This document shows, piece by piece, positions 62,701 through 64,000 of a stretch of 64,000 nt of DNA. The notes under the pieces were generated by a model. The model was not told where the DNA came from, made no database searches, and worked only from the letters and a program-made list of their open reading frames with translations. The position numbers and the translations under genes are program-made. Every line of letters begins with the position of its first letter. Position 1 is the stretch's first letter. Source of the stretch: Syncephalis fuscata S228 (lineage: Eukaryota; Fungi; Zoopagomycota); NCBI GenBank assembly GCA_025786725.1, contig JAHLTZ010000019.1, forward strand, positions 372,001-436,000, written 5' to 3'.

Positions 62701-64000
62701 TTTCTTCAGTACAAGTAAGTAATTAACGTAGCAATAGTATTGCTATTATTTACTAATATTAATGCTATTCTAGGTGGTTATTGGCCAATCGGTTGAAAAG
62801 TGTTTAGATTTAGTACGAACACCAGATTCAGACGATGTACGACATGTATTGAATCGTGTTAATATGTCATTTGTATTAGAAACATCTATTCTACCGGATG
62901 CATTTGATTTACCGGCTATTAAAGTTGGTGGTCGATTGCCATTATTGCAAATCAACTTTTCAGATCGTAAATATCGAACATTAATGAATATTCTTGATTT
63001 GATATCACCGCCCGATGAACCGGATGCTGATTTCGAACCATATCCATATTTGAATCGACGTTCACCCAATCTAGATCGAGTATTTTCACTTGGTCTACGC
63101 CGTGAACTATTGCTGGAAGGTGCTGGTGATGATAGTGGATTGGAGACAACATCCTCTACCAAGAATACATCCACCGATGATGTAAGCGACGACGACGATG
63201 ACGATACCTTCTACGACGCCGAAGACCGACCATCCGTAAGTAAAACAATTGTAATAATACTTTTGCTAACAATATCTATGCCTATTGTAGATGAGCCTGA
63301 AAAAGGTCACTAGATTGGCTAACAAGACCCAAATCAAGTTAGCCTTTAATGCAGAACATGTGGTCGTCAATATTCGACGCAGTCATCCATCAGCGCCAAT
63401 GGAAGAATTTGACTTGGCTGTTATGGAATTACAGAAATTCGATCTACAATTTACCAAACGACCATTTGATATGAATGTAGATGTGGCACTAACTTCTATT
63501 ATTATCAATGATATGATAGTGAAGAGCGACACACCTATTCGTATGTTAAGTTGTGGTCTAGACTCGCAAGAGAGTGAACATGAATTAGCACTGAAGGCCA
63601 ACTTCATCCGTGTTCTACCCAAATCACCTGACTATATGGAAAAGTATGAGTGTATTGATCAGTCATTGCTAGTTACTATGTCACGGTTAAATATTAGAGT
63701 GGAGGCCAAAAGTGTATTAACTTTACAAGACTTTTTATTAGTAACATTTACCGATGCCAAAAAGTCTAGTAATAGTAAAACATCTCGATCTGATCTACAT
63801 CAAAGTGATCATGGTCCATCATTATCATTATCGCCGCCACCACCACAACCACCACCACCATCAGCCGTATCTGTACCGAGTAATACAGCGGCTATTAAAC
63901 GACAGGCCAATACACCTAAAACAAAGATTGTCGCTGATATGCGTGCCGTCTGTCTTACGTTTGCCGATACCCATCGATCTATTGCTGTGGCCTTACTCGA
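59760..64000 (+). CDS. VPS13: Vps13 lipid-transfer protein, N-terminal part (continues beyond the window); apparent 1-nt deletion near 61890
   Basis: Chorein-N: [54 protein letters not shown]; [20 protein letters not shown]; [10 protein letters not shown]; [14 protein letters not shown]. Confidence 0.97.

Noticed and set aside
1-64000. tRNA, rRNA, transposase or biosynthetic gene cluster
   Set aside because: None recognisable by eye; neighbouring genes are functionally unrelated housekeeping genes.

Overview
Eukaryotic, AT-rich, gene-dense fungal DNA. Most introns are short GT-AG introns of about 45-75 nt. Gene content and intronless secreted kinase-like genes suggest an early-diverging fungus, possibly Zoopagomycota/Syncephalis-like (inference only). 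I reconstructed about 26 genes by hand: TAO3/Furry (partial), SNIP1/PML1, RPL32, a DnaJ, DCP1, BRI3-like, a secreted helical protein, an aldo-keto reductase, the RPS16-RPL13 divergent pair, NDUFS5, a MEK1/CHK2-like kinase, a tail-anchored protein, LMBRD2, a PRL/PTP4A phosphatase, COX17, GTR1, TEF1, MRPL4, ZRSR2, a coiled-coil membrane protein, MTD1, a secreted pseudokinase, SWD1/RBBP5, NSE3, BRF2-like and VPS13 (partial). Best leads: (1) the ZRSR2 (minor-spliceosome factor) gene has an oversized, structured intron with a nested U12-like donor and U12-like branch point, whose use would create a premature stop, a candidate U2/U12 twintron feedback switch. (2) All four cytosolic translation genes share a TCT/TOP-like start, a long 5'-UTR intron and a (GGAT)n array found nowhere else in the window. 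(3) The PRL phosphatase leader has a single uORF plus hairpin. (4) A BRF2-like factor, a secreted pseudokinase, a MEK1-like kinase with a degenerate FHA and acidic T-loop, and an inverted-repeat family bracketing the AKR gene. Seven single-base deletions break conserved genes and are probably assembly errors. All splice models were read by eye, without transcript data or database searches.
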